From Hormiphora californensis (lineage: Eukaryota; Animalia; Ctenophora), in NCBI GenBank assembly GCA_020137815.1, contig CM035357.1, forward strand, positions 8,184,001-8,248,000: a DNA stretch of 64,000 nt. Direction: 5' to 3'. Shown piece after piece: positions 1 through 13,335 of the stretch (position 1 is the stretch's first letter; every line of letters starts with the position of its first letter). The notes below the pieces were generated by a model. That model searched no databases, was not told where the DNA came from, and saw nothing but the letters and a program-made list of their open reading frames with translations. A program made the position numbers and the translations under genes.

Positions 1-756
1 GGTGTTAGCCACACAATAAACCCCTAACCTAGCGATAAATAAAACGAAAGACAGCGAAAGACTTAAAGTAAGAGTGGTGCGCCGTAAAGTAAGAGTGGTG
101 CGCCGTGATTTCTCACAAAACTTAGTTGATGAACGGCGAGTACCATCAGGACCATTGCTACGGTATCGAAAATTTCTAATTCTGTCTCGTTCATTAGTTA
201 TAACGTAATACCGTATGGGGAAGGGATGGAATGGTAGTGGTGTGGTGCTGTACTGAGCTTCGCTCTTCTTGGCACCATACCACTGCAAGCCCGATCAGTC
301 AACCTCCGCGTCGGTCCATCCTGGAAACGTACTCCGCATGTGTGGTCCGGTTTTTTGCTTGGGGGCTGGGTGGTTTTTCGGCCTTGTTTCTGGGTGGGCG
401 TGTTCCCGGTTCCGGCCGGGATGGGCTCTCTGGCTTGGCGGGGACCGGGGTGCGGTCGTCTTGGGCGGGGTGGGGGTCTTCCCTATCCCTTGAGCGGGAG
501 ATTGGGCTTTGTGCGGGTTGTACGGGTAATGACTGCGGACGTGAGGCTGTCTCCCACTATGGGGGTAAATTCAACGCCAGAGAACTAGCCTCCCTCAACT
601 ATGGCACACTGATTTGTAATCACCGAGGGCCTCTGCCTAGCATGCCTACGTATTCTTTACCCCGACATGGAGAGACGAAGAGTGAGAGGGGGAGAGATAA
701 ATAGAGACGGGTGGGGGGGGGGGGGGTGTTGTAAGACTTAACAATGGGCTTTCTAG

Positions 757-1000
757 TCTATATTATAAAGCAGAGAACAGTGCAAAACAAAATTCGGGGG
801 AGGGTTTTTTAGGGGTTGCACGTGGAAAATTTGAATGTTGTTATGGGTGGTTGCCGGTTGGTGGGGTTTGGGGAGTGCACGTGGCACGTGCGAATGTAAA
901 GCTTTTCTTGGGGGAAACTAGCTCTTTGGAAAGAGCTTGAGTTTTTTTTCTAATGAGCCCAAGATTTTTGAAATTGGTTGAGAAGTGACTGATGTGGGGT
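757..1000 (+). mobile_element. Non-autonomous Helitron-like unit (5' part) abutting the CTAG end of a preceding unit
   Basis: gggctttCTAG|TCtatattataaagcagag junction; reverse-complement similar to the units at 41392-43619. Right boundary approximate. Confidence 0.5.
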
Positions 1001-1325
1001 ATGTGAGAGATCCCTAACCATAGTTTGATCGGGTCATGTCGGGTATGCAATTGTTCGCACAGAGAGTGTGTGCATTAGTCGATGTGAGGTCCCTTTTCAT
1101 CGCCAGGAACGTCCTACAGAACGTCTTAAAGTCGTCATTTTTCAGACTCTGACTAAAATTCTTTGAGCTCATTTTACACCCTGAAGACGGATTCTAATCG
1201 AAAATCGAAGACTATATCATGGAAAGAGAATTGTCTGTACTTTCAGAAACTGTATTGCGAATTTTCAAAACTAGACGTATAAGGGTCTTAAAACGCGTCT
1301 AAAGTGTTATGACTGTTTAAAAATA

Positions 1326-1574
1326 CCTTACTCTCGTTTTTTAAGAAACGCTTTAGTATTTTAGTAAGAAACTTTTTTATAAGAAACTTTTCAAATGTAA
1401 ATCACACAATTCAGAGACACCACAACAAAATAGAACACCCCTAACTTGTTTAGTTTCTTGATAAAGGAGAAGTTCTTTTTGTTTTTGGATTGCTTACACC
1501 TGTAGTTTCCTAGAAAAAAAGTTTCTTATTTAAAAGTTTCTTGAAATATGCGAGCTTAATTAACGAGAGTAAGG
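1326..1574. mobile_element. MITE with short TIRs and TA flanks
   Basis: ta-CCTTACTCTCGTT...AACGAGAGTAAGG-ta; internal aagaaac/gtttctt repeats. Confidence 0.6.
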
Positions 1575-1928
1575 TAGATATGACGATATATATGGGTTTT
1601 TTCGCCATAGCAGACTCAAATCTCATCCAATCGATCTCAAACTTGGTCAGTATCTTAATCTAGGTAATCCCGATGATATGACGTCATCATTATGACGTCA
1701 TAACGACGTGACGTCATTTTATGACGTCAAAATGACGTCAAAAATGAAAATTTTGCAAATTCGCGATTCCATCCGGGAATACAGAGAAAGAACCATCACT
1801 GTGGTCCATTATCAGTTAGAGTTTTACTGTTGATGGGATCCCATTAATGGGATGCCATTCAGTTAGAGTTTCCCCTTACCTGTTCTACTACATCTAGATG
1901 GATAAAAAATCCCAAAAATGATGCAAAT

Positions 1929-2130
1929 TATACCAAAACTAATTGAAATTAGTAGGCCGGAAAGGTTGCCCTATGATTTGAGCTACCTTTGTCACCAGTA
2001 CATTCCCTTTTGAAGATAGAAGACGCATTGGTTATACCCTGTCTGTACCCCGTGAATGTTACGGTGGCAAAGGTAGCTCAAATCATAGAGCAACCTTTCC
2101 GGCCTACTAATTTCAATTAGTTTTGGTATA
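1929..2130. mobile_element. Palindromic MITE (second copy at about 17723-17893)
   Basis: About 70-bp inverted arms tataccaaaactaattgaaattagtaggccggaaaggttgc / reverse complement. Confidence 0.75.
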
Positions 2131-2157
2131 ATACCTGTATACAAAAAACCCGAGAAA

Positions 2158-2408
2158 CTAGATCAAAAAGAAATTTGTTTGAAACACCCGTGGCCTTTTT
2201 ACGATACTTGGCGCTACGGGAAATACACCCTTCGTCGGAGTAAAAGTAAAAGAGAGGGAGAGAAAAAGTTTGAGAACTTGGAGAGGGAGAGAGATCGATG
2301 ACATGACAGTAGCTAGAAGCTCAGATTATGGGTGCGTTTCCCGTAGCGCCAAGTATCGTAAAAAGGCCACGGGTGTTCCAAACAAATGTCTTTTGTTTTT
2401 TGATCTAG
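2158..2408. mobile_element. Palindromic MITE (second copy at about 43967-45580)
   Basis: Inverted arms aacacccgtggcctttttacgatacttggcgctacggg / cccgtagcgccaagtatcgtaaaaaggccacgggtgtt with a GA-rich core. Confidence 0.7.
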
Positions 2409-3780
2409 TTTAATATAATGACGAATGTCAGTCCATCTTCCGTTTGTTAAGTATGTATACGTGGACTTTGCCACAACTGCGATGTTCTACCACCATCAAG
2501 CGAGGTGAACTATATGGAGCGCGCGGTGACTAGAATGTGTTAGAGCCGCGCAACCATCTCTCGATTGAGGGCCAAATAAAGGGGGAGGTTTGGATTGTCA
2601 ATCTTATCCTGGGGTCGAGCCATTGAGAAATTTCACAAAACCCAACTTTGTTATACAGGGTGTTCATATGGGATCTTTACAAGCGTTGGGCTTCACCCAG
2701 AAAAATGACAAATTAGCATAAACCCCTATTTGGGCTTTCATAAATGGCCTTTTTATTTCTCGGGGGAAAGGGTTTTGTCTGTTAAATCGGGGTATCCGCT
2801 AAATCGGGGTCAAATACTGTTAATTTCCTATATCGGGGGAAGATATTGCTGCCGTTAAATCGGGGTGCCGTTAAATCGGGGTCCGACTGTAGTATGGTGG
2901 GATGATTCGATCACTCATAAATTCACGTCCCTCTCATGCCCCTCTCACGCTCATTAGCTATGGCTAATAGAACCTAATCAGATCACATTTCTTTTAGCCA
3001 TAGTTGTATGCCTCTATGGCTAATAGAATCTTTTAGCCATAGTTGCATACATCTATGGCTAATAAATTCTTTTAGCCATAGTTGCATTAGCCATAGTTGT
3101 AGGTCACCACAGAAACTCACCTTGGCCCCCACAACTCGAATAGGTGAGTTAGTGTCCACCCGGACTCTAACTCACCGTAAATAGTGCTAAACAGTGGGGC
3201 GGACAGAAAGTCACCTGATCCGGACTATAACTCACCTAAATTCGACATTTTCAAAAGTGAGTTATAGTCCGAAATTTTCGAGTTCGAATTCGAGTTATCG
3301 TCCGTTCGAGTTTCTGTCCGGTACCCATCAGGATGACCAAAAATATCAGTAAATAAACAAGTAAACATTGCAGTTTGAGGTGAACTGGAGTGCATTGTCA
3401 ATTAGACCCAATTATGGTCAATTAGGGCACTTTGCCGACCTCTGAGGACTTGGAAAATTTACTCATGTGATTGAGCGTATAGTATCAAAATTAGTGTGTA
3501 AAGTGCCCTCACATGCGATATTTCAGCATTTCCAGTTGAAAATGCAATTATCACCAATTAGACTGAATTATGCTCAATTAGGACACTTTCTTCACCTCTG
3601 ACGTTAAACGCGCTCACGTGATTCAGCGTATCAAAATTAGTGTGGATAGTGCTCTCACATGAATTGATAATGTTTTTTTGCGATACGTTACAGTTACGAT
3701 CAATTAGACCCGATTATGCTCAATTAGGGCACATTTAGGAATTTTTTATATATTTCCTTAATTTTGGAATTTTTTATATA

Positions 3781-3948
3781 CAGTCGGACCCCGATTTACC
3801 GGGATGCTCGGGGAAAGGGTTTCGCCCGGTAAATCGGGGTGCCCGGTATATCGGGGTAAAATATTGTTAATTGCCTATTTCGGGGGAAGATCCTCCCGGT
3901 AAATCGGGGTTCTGGTAAATCGGGGCCCGGTATATTGGGGTCCGACTG
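3781..3948. mobile_element. Tc1/mariner-pogo-type MITE (CAGTCGGACCCC family)
   Basis: ta-CAGTCGGACCCC...GGGGTCCGACTG-ta; internal taaatcgggg repeats. Other copies at about 2760-2889 (partial), 4089-4260 and 19655-19825. Confidence 0.85.
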
Positions 3949-4088
3949 TATATATAAAAATATATAAAAATATATAAAAATATATAAAAATATATAAAAA
4001 TATGTATGTAAAAATATGTAAAGTTATGTATATAAAAAATTAGCATTGCCCCCCCCCCCCCCCCCGGTTTTGCCTTTTATACCAATTA

Positions 4089-4260
4089 CAGTCGGACCCT
4101 GATTTACCGGGATGCTCGGGGGAAAGGGTTTTGTCCGGTAAATCGGGGTGCCCGGTAAATTGGGGTGAAATACTGTTAATTTCCTATATCGGGTGAAGTT
4201 TATCCTCCCGGTAAATCGGGGTTCCGGTAAATCGGGGCCCGGTAAATCGGGGTTCGACTG
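4089..4260. mobile_element. Tc1/mariner-pogo-type MITE, same family as 3781-3948
   Basis: CAGTCGGACC...GGTTCGACTG termini, TA on both sides. Confidence 0.85.
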
Positions 4261-4763
4261 TAGTTGGCTAAATTTTTCAGTTTATACTCTCCTAGGATAC
4301 AATATTCATTTCAGGGCTGAAAAAATTAATAACTATTGACTATTTTGTTGACTATAGGCTAAATATTAACAATTTGTATGTAAAATTGAGGAAGTACAGC
4401 CAAGTCTGATTGTATATGTTATAGTTCTATCTATTCATGACAACACTAGAGACAAATGGAAACAAAAAACGGAAACTAGAAGTGGTCTTAAAGTTTTTAG
4501 AAAAAACCCGGTAAAAATCGCATGTGTATTAGCTGAGATAATGACATTTAATCTGTAATACTGGTCTCCTCCTCTTACCATAACCAATTAGGAGGTACTA
4601 ATATTCGGGTCCCTATATCTTGAGAAGTAGAGGGAGTAGAGAGCTCGGACTTCGACACAATGTATTTATTCTCTCAGATGATGTGATTGAGCAATGTTTT
4701 ACTAAAATTTGAGATGGTCGATTTGAATATGTCAGTATCCCTTTAACATTTTAATTATTTTAG

Positions 4764-5274
4764 AGTGGTAGCAGCAGCAGTAAGGAAGAAAGTTCTGAGG
4801 ATGAGAAGCAGTACAGCTGTATCAAGACTAATCCCGGATTTTACCCATCAACTACTGCATTAACAGATGATTCAGCTTCAGTACTTGATCCAGTTAAATC
4901 TGCTCTTACGGCAAAGTCTTCAAAACAGCCAGTACTTGACCAGCCAGTACTATCTACAGAAAATGATGGTGCTGTCAAGACCCAAATGCAACTGCCTGGT
5001 TATAATACGTTTCGTAAAGTAGACACTGCCCAAAAACCTGCAGTGTTTCAACTAGCAAACATTAATATTTGTAAGGCCGGTTGTGAGTCCAGAGACAATA
5101 TCACTGAAAACAGTCCGATAAGAAACACTGATCATCATGATGATCAGTTTCCATCGATGGGGGAAACAGAGATTGTTCGAGCTCCACCATACTCTGAAAC
5201 AATGCTGGATGGAGAAACACATGCAAAGGCAGCTGAAAAAGAAAATACATTTCCTAGCACCACTTCAAATGCTG
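4764..5274 (+). CDS. Coding exon A (511 nt), S/T/E/K-rich low-complexity segment
   Basis: Acceptor ttaattattttag, open frame SGSSSSKEESSEDEKQY...TTSNA, donor G|gtaagt (phase 1). Includes ORF 4986..5294. Confidence 0.75.
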
Positions 5275-6047
5275 GTAAGTGTTCAACTAGTTAGACTTGC
5301 AAATTTTTACAAATGGAAACACATTTATCTGTTCACTTTCCTTCTTCCCGGCTGCTGTGTTTACTTGATGATAGACAGGGGTCCATTATATCGTGTGGAG
5401 CAATAAAAAGTCCCCCCTCCAAGTCTACTATAGTTTCAGGTATCGTGGAGTGCTAAAATTTGACACAGCTACTCTACGAGATAAATAAATGACTTGACCA
5501 AAATTCAGACCTCTAGCTCAAATTCTTTTTTTTTTTTTGATCGAAATGAACATATAATTAGGGAATATTAGCTTTGAACTAGGGAAAAATGTGTAACAAG
5601 CTAATTCCTTGAAGCCTCTCATGGTCAACCGCGAGCCCCTACCAAAGGCTCCAAACAGCACCAGCCGCTCTAACCAACCAACCAACCAAGCTAATTCCTT
5701 CACCAATTGGTCCCTATGGGTCCCTAGAATCACCAAAAAAAAATCACTAAAAATCCGCGATGGCTAAGTTGGGTTTTTGGACCACGCCCTTTTGCCTGTA
5801 TTTTCAGTGATAAGGGTAAAAATATAAATTCTCTTAGAATAGGAGTAGAGAAGAAAACAAGGGCACTAAAGTGTGTAGCGTCCTCGCATTAGTGGGGGTA
5901 GACACCCATGAAAAGTCTCTATCTCATTTGGTTAATTAGATAATTGGATAATTAGATATGTGCATAGCCGTTTTTGGCCATATGGCTATAGCCACTTAGG
6001 AATGGTTTAGAGACTTTTCACTGGTGCCAAATCAGAATTGGATAAAA

Positions 6048-6454
6048 TTGTTGTAGGTAGTAGAGATTAGCTTTCTGAGCATTTTGCGTTTTTGCCGCTC
6101 AAAATCGACCCACCCATCACTGAAATATCTTTGTTATGTTGGGAGAATTCCTGCTGGATCAATATTTATCAAACAGGATAGAAACAATCCTTGTGTTTTA
6201 CTAACACATTCTTTAAATTTTGAATATATATGCTGGCTTGCATTGCCCTGCTTCTGTGCATGGACATGTCAACCTCACTGTTCATATTCAGAATGTGTTA
6301 GTAAAACACCACGATTGTTTCTTTTCTGTTTTATACATACTGATTAAACAGGAGTTCTCCCAACATAACAAAAATATCTCAGTGATGGGTGGGTCGATTT
6401 TGAGCGGCAAAAACGCAAAATGCTCAGAAAGCTAATCTCTACTACCTACAACAA
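6048..6454. mobile_element. Palindromic MITE-like element (duplicated at about 9268-9673)
   Basis: About 75-bp inverted arms gtaggtagtagagattagctttctgagc...cccatcactga / reverse complement. Confidence 0.7.
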
Positions 6455-9400
6455 ACCTGTCTGATTCTGATTCGGTCCACTCTCACTTTAAGCTCTATTT
6501 CGAACCGTTTAGCCGTTATTTGACTTTAAAGGTGCTCCAAAATCGGGCTTTTTACCGTTTTTGCTATTTGAGCACCTTTAAAGTCAATAATGGCTAAACG
6601 GTTGGAGATAGAGCTTAAAAGTCCGACGTCGACCCCCCATAACTTGTCCATTACCAATATATATATATGTATAACTATATCTAATGCAAATTTGCACGGA
6701 AATATGACACCCTATCGTCAATGTGACGACGTGATCCGTCAGTGTGACGACGTGATCCGTCAGTGTGACGACGTGATTCGTAGGTATCACGTATCACACG
6801 TGTTGAGAACTGCTTGCGACTTGAGGGGTCACATCACATGTATAAAAGGGAGAGAAAGAGAGAAAAAGAGAGGAATCACATCACATAGCATATATATAGC
6901 AGACAGGCAGAGAGAAAAACATAGAAACAGACCCCTCGATTTGCGATCGGTACGATCGCCCCAGTTTTGCCAATTGCTAGTAATAGTAACCAATCGCGGA
7001 TAGCTAATCGCGATAGTTGATCGCTACCTACAATTGTAAAAGTCTCCCGAATCCGCGTCTATTAAATTCAGCTAGTATTACAAAATACATGTCATAGTAT
7101 AACAAAATGCATGATACTACTGTGTGATTTTAAATGACTGAGACTGCTCTATCTCAAATTGTGTAAAAACTATGGCATCTTTCGACTTCAAATTTTGGGA
7201 CACGATAAAACATAATTTCTCATTTATTCTCCCAGATTTTCAGAAAGTTTCCGTGTTCCTGAATGAACTTATTGCCATAAAACCTCCTCCAACTTTACAC
7301 AGTCATATCTCTGGAGTCTAATGAGATAGAGAGTTCAGATGTTAGGAGAGACAGATAAGACGATTTTGAATGTTTTGTCTGCTTTACGAGTTGATAACTT
7401 TACCGTCTGTTCACAGGAACTGTTTAAAGTGATGTAACACGCCCTAATTAGGCCAAATTTAGGTCATTTTACCCCTCAAAGATCACATGTCCAGCTGATT
7501 CTAGTTGGCTAATGAGGCCTCTTACACGAATTCGTCACGTGTTACTGCAAGGATACCGCTCTCCTTTTTCACCTTGACCAAGCAGACATGATCATGATGT
7601 CTGGAAGTGGTAGCAAGCTGTAGGATACCAGACATCATGCTGCTCTCTACTTCAATCACTTTCTCGTATAAGGTCACGTGACTGGAATTGGGATCTCGAC
7701 ATTAGACATGATCAAAATGTCTACAAAGCGTTCTCTCTCTACTGTTCTGAAGAAGGAGTGTGAGACATCCCTCGCTCCTCAACGGATACAGCGGGCTGTA
7801 GCTGCAGCCAGCGAGGACAGATCTTGTAACATTGCATCTACGGACTGAATGACAGTCCTGGAGACAAAGAAGAACTACTACCGGAGTTGTGGACAACGCT
7901 GGCAGAGAAGCCCTTGGTAAAGAGTGCTCAGCGGTTGGGGAGATTCATAGCGGGTCAGACTAGACCCATGAAGATATCCCTGGCAAGCAAGGAGATGCAT
8001 CGTGTATTCTTGGTAAGAAGACACGACTTAGAGAGAGTGAAGTGTTTTCCCGAGTTTATATCCTCCCGACCTTACTTCTGAGGAGAGAGCGGCCCGGGCG
8101 GTCCTAGTGAAGAAGTTAAAAGAGGAGAAGGAGCGGAGCCTGGGAAGTCGTTTAGGATCAAAGGAGGCGAGGTGGTGGAGGTCTCCTCGGGGACACATAG
8201 TACTTACTGTGAGTGCTATTCATTTAAGTTTCTTCTTTTTCATTATTTTCATTAAATTGCCTTCTTTGTTTGCTATAGTGTTCCTGTTGTTAACTATTAG
8301 ACCAGCAGGAACATTCCAACGGGTCCATTACTAAAGTGGATTCCAAGCTACTTCAGCTAAACCTTGTCAAAGGTAAAAAAAAAAATGGGGGAAACAGAGA
8401 TTGTTCGAGCTCCACCATACTCTGAAACAATGCTGGATGGAGAAACACATGCAAAGGCAGCTGAAAAGAAAATACATTTCTAGCACCACTTCAAATGCTG
8501 GTAAGTGTTCAACTAGTTAGACTTGCAAATTTTTACAAATGGAAACACATTTATCTGTTCACTTTCCTTCTTCCCGGCTGCTGTGTTTACTTGATGATAG
8601 ACAGGGGTCCATTATATCGTGTGGAGCAATAAAAAGTCCCCCCTCCAAGTCTACTATAGTTTCAGGTATCGTGGAGTGCTAAAATTTGACACAGCTACTC
8701 TACGAGATAAATAAATGACTTGACCAAAATTTCAGACCTCTAGCTCAAAATTCTTTTTTTTTGTTGATCGAAATGAACATATAATTAGGGAATATTAGCT
8801 TTGAACTAGGGAAAAATGTGTAACAAGCTAATTCCTTGAAGCCTCTCATGGTCAACCGCGAGCCCCTACCAAAGGCTCCAAACAGCACCAGCCGCTCTAA
8901 CCAACCAACCAACCAAGCTAATTCCTTCACCAATTGGTCCCTATGGGTCCTAGAATCACCAAAAAAAAATCACTAAAAATCCGCGATGGCTAAGTTGGGT
9001 TTTTGGACCACGCCCTTTTGCCTGTATTTTCAGTGATAAGGGTAAAAATATAAATTCTCTTAGAATAGGAGTAGAGAAGAAAACAAGGGCACTAAAGTGT
9101 GTAGCCTCGCATTAGTGGGGGTAGACACCATGAAAAGTCTCTATCTCATTGGTTAATTAGATAATTGGATAATTAGATATGTGCATAGCCGTTTTTGGCC
9201 ATATGGCTATAGCCACTTAGGAATGGTTTAGAGACTTTTCACTGGTGCCAAATCAGAATTGGATAAAATTGTTGTAGGTAGTAGAGATTAGCTTTCGAGC
9301 ATTTGCGTTTTTGCCGCTCAAAATCGACCCACCCATCACTGAAATATCTTGTTATGTTGGGAGAATTCCTGCTGGATCAATATTTATCAAAAAGGATAGA

Positions 9401-10340
9401 AACAATCCTTGTGTTTTACTAACACATTCTTTAAATTTTGAATATATATGCTGGCTTGCATTGCCCTGCTTCTGTGCATGGACATGTCAACCTCACTGTT
9501 CATATTCAGAATGTGTTAGTAAAACACCACGATTGTTTCTTTTCTGTTTTATACATACTGATTAAACAGGAGTTCTCCCAACATAACAAAAATATCTCAG
9601 TGATGGGTGGGTCGATTTTGAGCGGCAAAAACGCAAAATGCTCAGAAAGCTAATCTCTACTACCTACAACAAACCTGTCTGATTCTGATTCGGTCCACTC
9701 TCACTTTAAGCTCTATTTCGAACCGTTTAGCCGTTATTTGACTTTAAAGGTGCTCAAAATCGGGCTTTTTACCGTTTTTTGCTCATTTTGAGCACCTTTA
9801 AAGTCAAATAATGGCTAAACGGTTGGAGATAGAGCTTAAAAGTCCGACGTCGACCCCCCATAACTTGTCCATTACCAATATATATATATGTATAACTATA
9901 TCTAATGCAAATTTGCACGGAAATATGACACCCTATCGTCAATGTGACGACGTGATCCGTCAGTGTGACGACGTGATCCGTCAGTGTGACGACGTGATTC
10001 GTAGGTATCACGTATCACACGTGTTGAGAACTGCTTGCGACTTGAGGGGTCACATCACATGTATAAAAGGGAGAGAAAGAGAGAAAAAGAGAGGAATCAC
10101 ATCACATAGCATATATATAGCAGACAGGCAGAGAGAAAAACATAGAAACAGACCCCTCGATTTGCGATCGGTACGATCGCCCCAGTTTTGCCAACTGGCT
10201 AGAATAGTAACCAATCGCGGATAGCTATCGCGATTAGTGTCGCACCTACAATGTAAAAGTCTCCCGAATCCGCGTCTTATTAAATTCAGCGTAGTATTAC
10301 CAAAATAATGTCATAGCATAAACAAAATGCATTGATACTA

Positions 10341-11611
10341 CGTGTGCTTTTAAAACTGAGACTGCTCTATCTCAAATTGGTAAAAAACTATGGCATCTTC
10401 GATTCAAATTTTGGGACACGGTAAAAAATAAATTTCTAATTATCTCCAAGCTTTCAGAAAGTTTCCGTGTTCCTGAATGAACTTATTGCCATAAAACCTC
10501 CTCCAACTTTACACAGTCATATCTCTGGAGTCTAATGAGATAGAGAGTTCAGATGTTTAGGAGAGACAGATAAGACGATTTTGAATGTTTTGTCTGCTTT
10601 ACGAGTTGATAACTTTTACCGTCTGTTCACAGGAACTGTTTAAAGTGATGTAACACGCCCTAATTAGGCCAAATTTAGGTCATTTTACCCCTCAAAGATC
10701 ACATGTCCAGCTGATTCTAGTTGGCTAATGAGGCCTCTTACACGAATTCGTCACGTGTTACTGCAAGGATACCGCTCTCCTTTTTCACCTTGACCAAGCA
10801 GACATGATCATGATGTCTGGAAGTGGTAGCAAGCTGTAGGATACCAGACATCTATGCTGCTCTCTACTTCAATCACTTTCTCGTTATAAGGTCACGTGAC
10901 TGGAATTGGGATCTCGACATTAGACATGATCAAAATGTCTACAAAGCGTTCTCTCTCTACTGTTCTGAAGAAGGAGTGTGAGACATCCCTCGCTCCTCAA
11001 CGGATACAGCGGGCTGTAGCTGCAGCCAGCGAGGACAGATCTTGTAACATTGTCATCTACGGACTGACTGACAGTCCTGGAGACAAAGAAGAACTACTAC
11101 CGGAGTTGTGGACAACGCTGGCAGAGAAGCCCTTGGTAAAGAGTGCTCAGCGGTTGGGGAGATTCATAGCGGGTCAGACTAGACCCATGAAGATATCCCT
11201 GGCAAGCAAGGAGATGCAGTCGTGTATTCTTGGTAAGAAGACACGACTTAGAGAGAGTGAAGTGTTTTCCCGAGTTTATATCTCTCCCGACCTTACTTCT
11301 GAGGAGAGAGCGGCCCGGGCGGTCCTAGTGAAGAAGTTAAAAGAGGAGAAGGAGCGGAGCCCTGGGAAGTCGTTTAGGATCAAAGGAGGCGAGGTGGTGG
11401 AGGTCTCCTCGGGGACACAGTAGTACTTACTGTGAGTGCTATTCATTTAAGTTTCTTCTTTTTCATTTATTTCATTAAATTGCCTTCTTTGTTTGCTATA
11501 GTGTTCCTGTTGTTAACTATTAGACCAGCAGGAACATTTCAACGGGTCCATTACTAAAGTGGATTCCAAGCTACTTCAGCTAAACCTTGTCAAAGGTAAA
11601 AAAAAAAAAAA

Positions 11612-11659
<48 letters not shown>

Positions 11660-12272
11660 TGCTTTGTAGACATTGTGATCATGTCTGATGTCGAGATCCC
11701 AATTCCAGTCACGTGACCTTATAACGAGAGAGTGATTGAAATAGAGAGCAGCATCCGTCTGGTATCCTACAGCTTGTTACCACTTCCAGACACCATGATC
11801 ATGTCTGCTTGGTCAAGGTGAAAAAGGAGAGCGGTATCCTTGCAGTAACACGTGACGAATTCGTGTAAGAGGCCTCATTAGCCAACTAGAATCAGCTGGA
11901 CATGTGATCTTTGAGGGGTAAAATGACCTAAATTTTGCCTAATTAGGGCGTGTTACATCACTTTAAACAGTTCCTGTGAACAGACGGTAAAAGTTATCAA
12001 CTCGTAAAGCAGACAAAACATTCAAAATCGTCTTATCTGTCTCTCCTAAACATCTGAACTCTCTATCTCATTAGACTCCAGAGATATGACTGTGTAAAGT
12101 TGGAGGAGGTTTTATGGCAATAAGTTCATTCAGGAACACGGAAACTTTCTGAAAATCTGGGAGAATAAATGAGAAATTATGTTTTATCGTGTCCCAAAAT
12201 TTGAAGTCGAAAGATGCCATAGTTTTTACACAATTTGAGATAGAGCAGTCTCAGTCATTTAAAATCACACAG
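10341..12272. mobile_element. Foldback DNA element with ~610-bp TIRs and TA flanks, carrying a central retro-insertion
   Basis: 10341-10948 is the reverse complement of 11661-12272; ends are ta-CTGTGTG (clean in the 7120 copy) and CACACAG-ta. The left arm is repeated at 7120-7729. Confidence 0.85.
10960..11616 (+). mobile_element. 5'-truncated LINE ORF1-only retrocopy with a short 3' UTR and poly(A)
   Basis: EDRSCNIVIYGL..RLG..RPMKI..VYISPDLTSEER is a CR1/L2-group ORF1-type pattern. Stop at 11423, about 170 nt of tail, A~20, flanked by ctctctct. A frameshifted copy lies at about 7740-8384. Confidence 0.7.
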
Positions 12273-12315
12273 TAGTTTAAAATACACATTTAATGATTTA
12301 GCAAGCTAGAAATAG

Positions 12316-13301
12316 GTCTAGCAGCCAGAAATAGATTTTAGCGCCAGAAATAGATTTTAGCAGCCAGAAACAGATCTTGATCAGAGTTCCCCGCCAATTG
12401 TCTTGCTATAAACACTCGCATGAATACACCAAATCAGTAAACTAGATAGATATCGATAAAATTCAATCGCTGTTGTAGGCAATCCCTTTGGCAGCTGTAT
12501 GGCGGCGCCCACACCCCAATTTGACAGTGCGCTCAGATGGGGTCGGCGGCGCCAGACAGTTTGGCAGGCAGGACTTCTCTGAGTGGTTTCCCCTGTTGAA
12601 CCTCCTTGTGGATATCGGTGTACATCCTCATGATCTCCTCCTAGTGATAGCTAAAACTGACCAGAACAAAATCAATGTGTTTAGATTTTGTCACTCTATC
12701 TCTTTCTCTCACGAGTCACGTGATCTCTCTATCTCTGTATGGGATACGAGAGACGAATCGGTGAAGTGATTCGGTATCTGCAGCTAACTAGGTATGGGAT
12801 ACGGGAGACGAATCGTTAAAGACTGAAGTAATTCGGTATCTTCAGCTAATTGGGTATGGGATACGGGAGACGAATCGGTGGAGTGATTCGGTATCTGCAA
12901 CTAAATGGGTATAGGATACGAGAGGCACCTGTTTTGTTTTACCGGTCCCCTAGCTCCAAACTTGAAGGTCAAGACATCGAATATGTGTTATCACACGGCA
13001 CACCCATTGCGTCAAATCACCGATAAACTGATCTCATATCACGCCGTGTAACTTCCACAACCTGGACCGGCATTTCCAAGAAAGCAACGGAGCTCTCCAA
13101 GCGATCTGACATTCGAACTGCAATCACCTCTACGAGGAAATCCAACCTCATCATTTGAATTTTATCGATATCTACCTAGTTTACTGATTGATTTCAACCG
13201 ACATTAAATGTACATGTTTATGCGAGTGTTTATAGCAAGACAATTGGCGGGGAACTCTGATCACTATCTTTTTCTGGCTGCTAAAATCTATTTCTGGCTG
13301 C
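12316..13301. mobile_element. TIR element with subterminal 20-bp repeats and internal ~60-bp tandem repeats
   Basis: gatcagagttccccgccaattgtcttgctataaacactcgcat at about 12380 is inverted at about 13218-13262; agcagccagaaatagatttt repeats; tandem units at 12737-12922. Confidence 0.6.
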
Positions 13302-13335
13302 TTGCAGTCGGAAATAGATTTAGCAGCCAGAAATA

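Larger units (their letters stand above)
5157..11616 (+). repeat. Tandem duplication with a period of about 3,228 bp (5157-8384 and 8385-~11616)
   Basis: Near-identical copies starting atgggggaaacagagattg; the junction lies at a poly(A) run; the copies differ mostly by 1-nt indels. Confidence 0.92.

Noticed and set aside
231-704. 157-aa ORF and overlapping ORFs
   Set aside because: G-rich low-complexity sequence with no motif or splice support; it lies upstream of a Helitron-like CTAG end.
6590-7003. 137-aa ORF with RQCDDVI repeats (duplicated at 9811)
   Set aside because: The repeats come from a 21-bp tandem within repeat-derived DNA; no splice or domain support.
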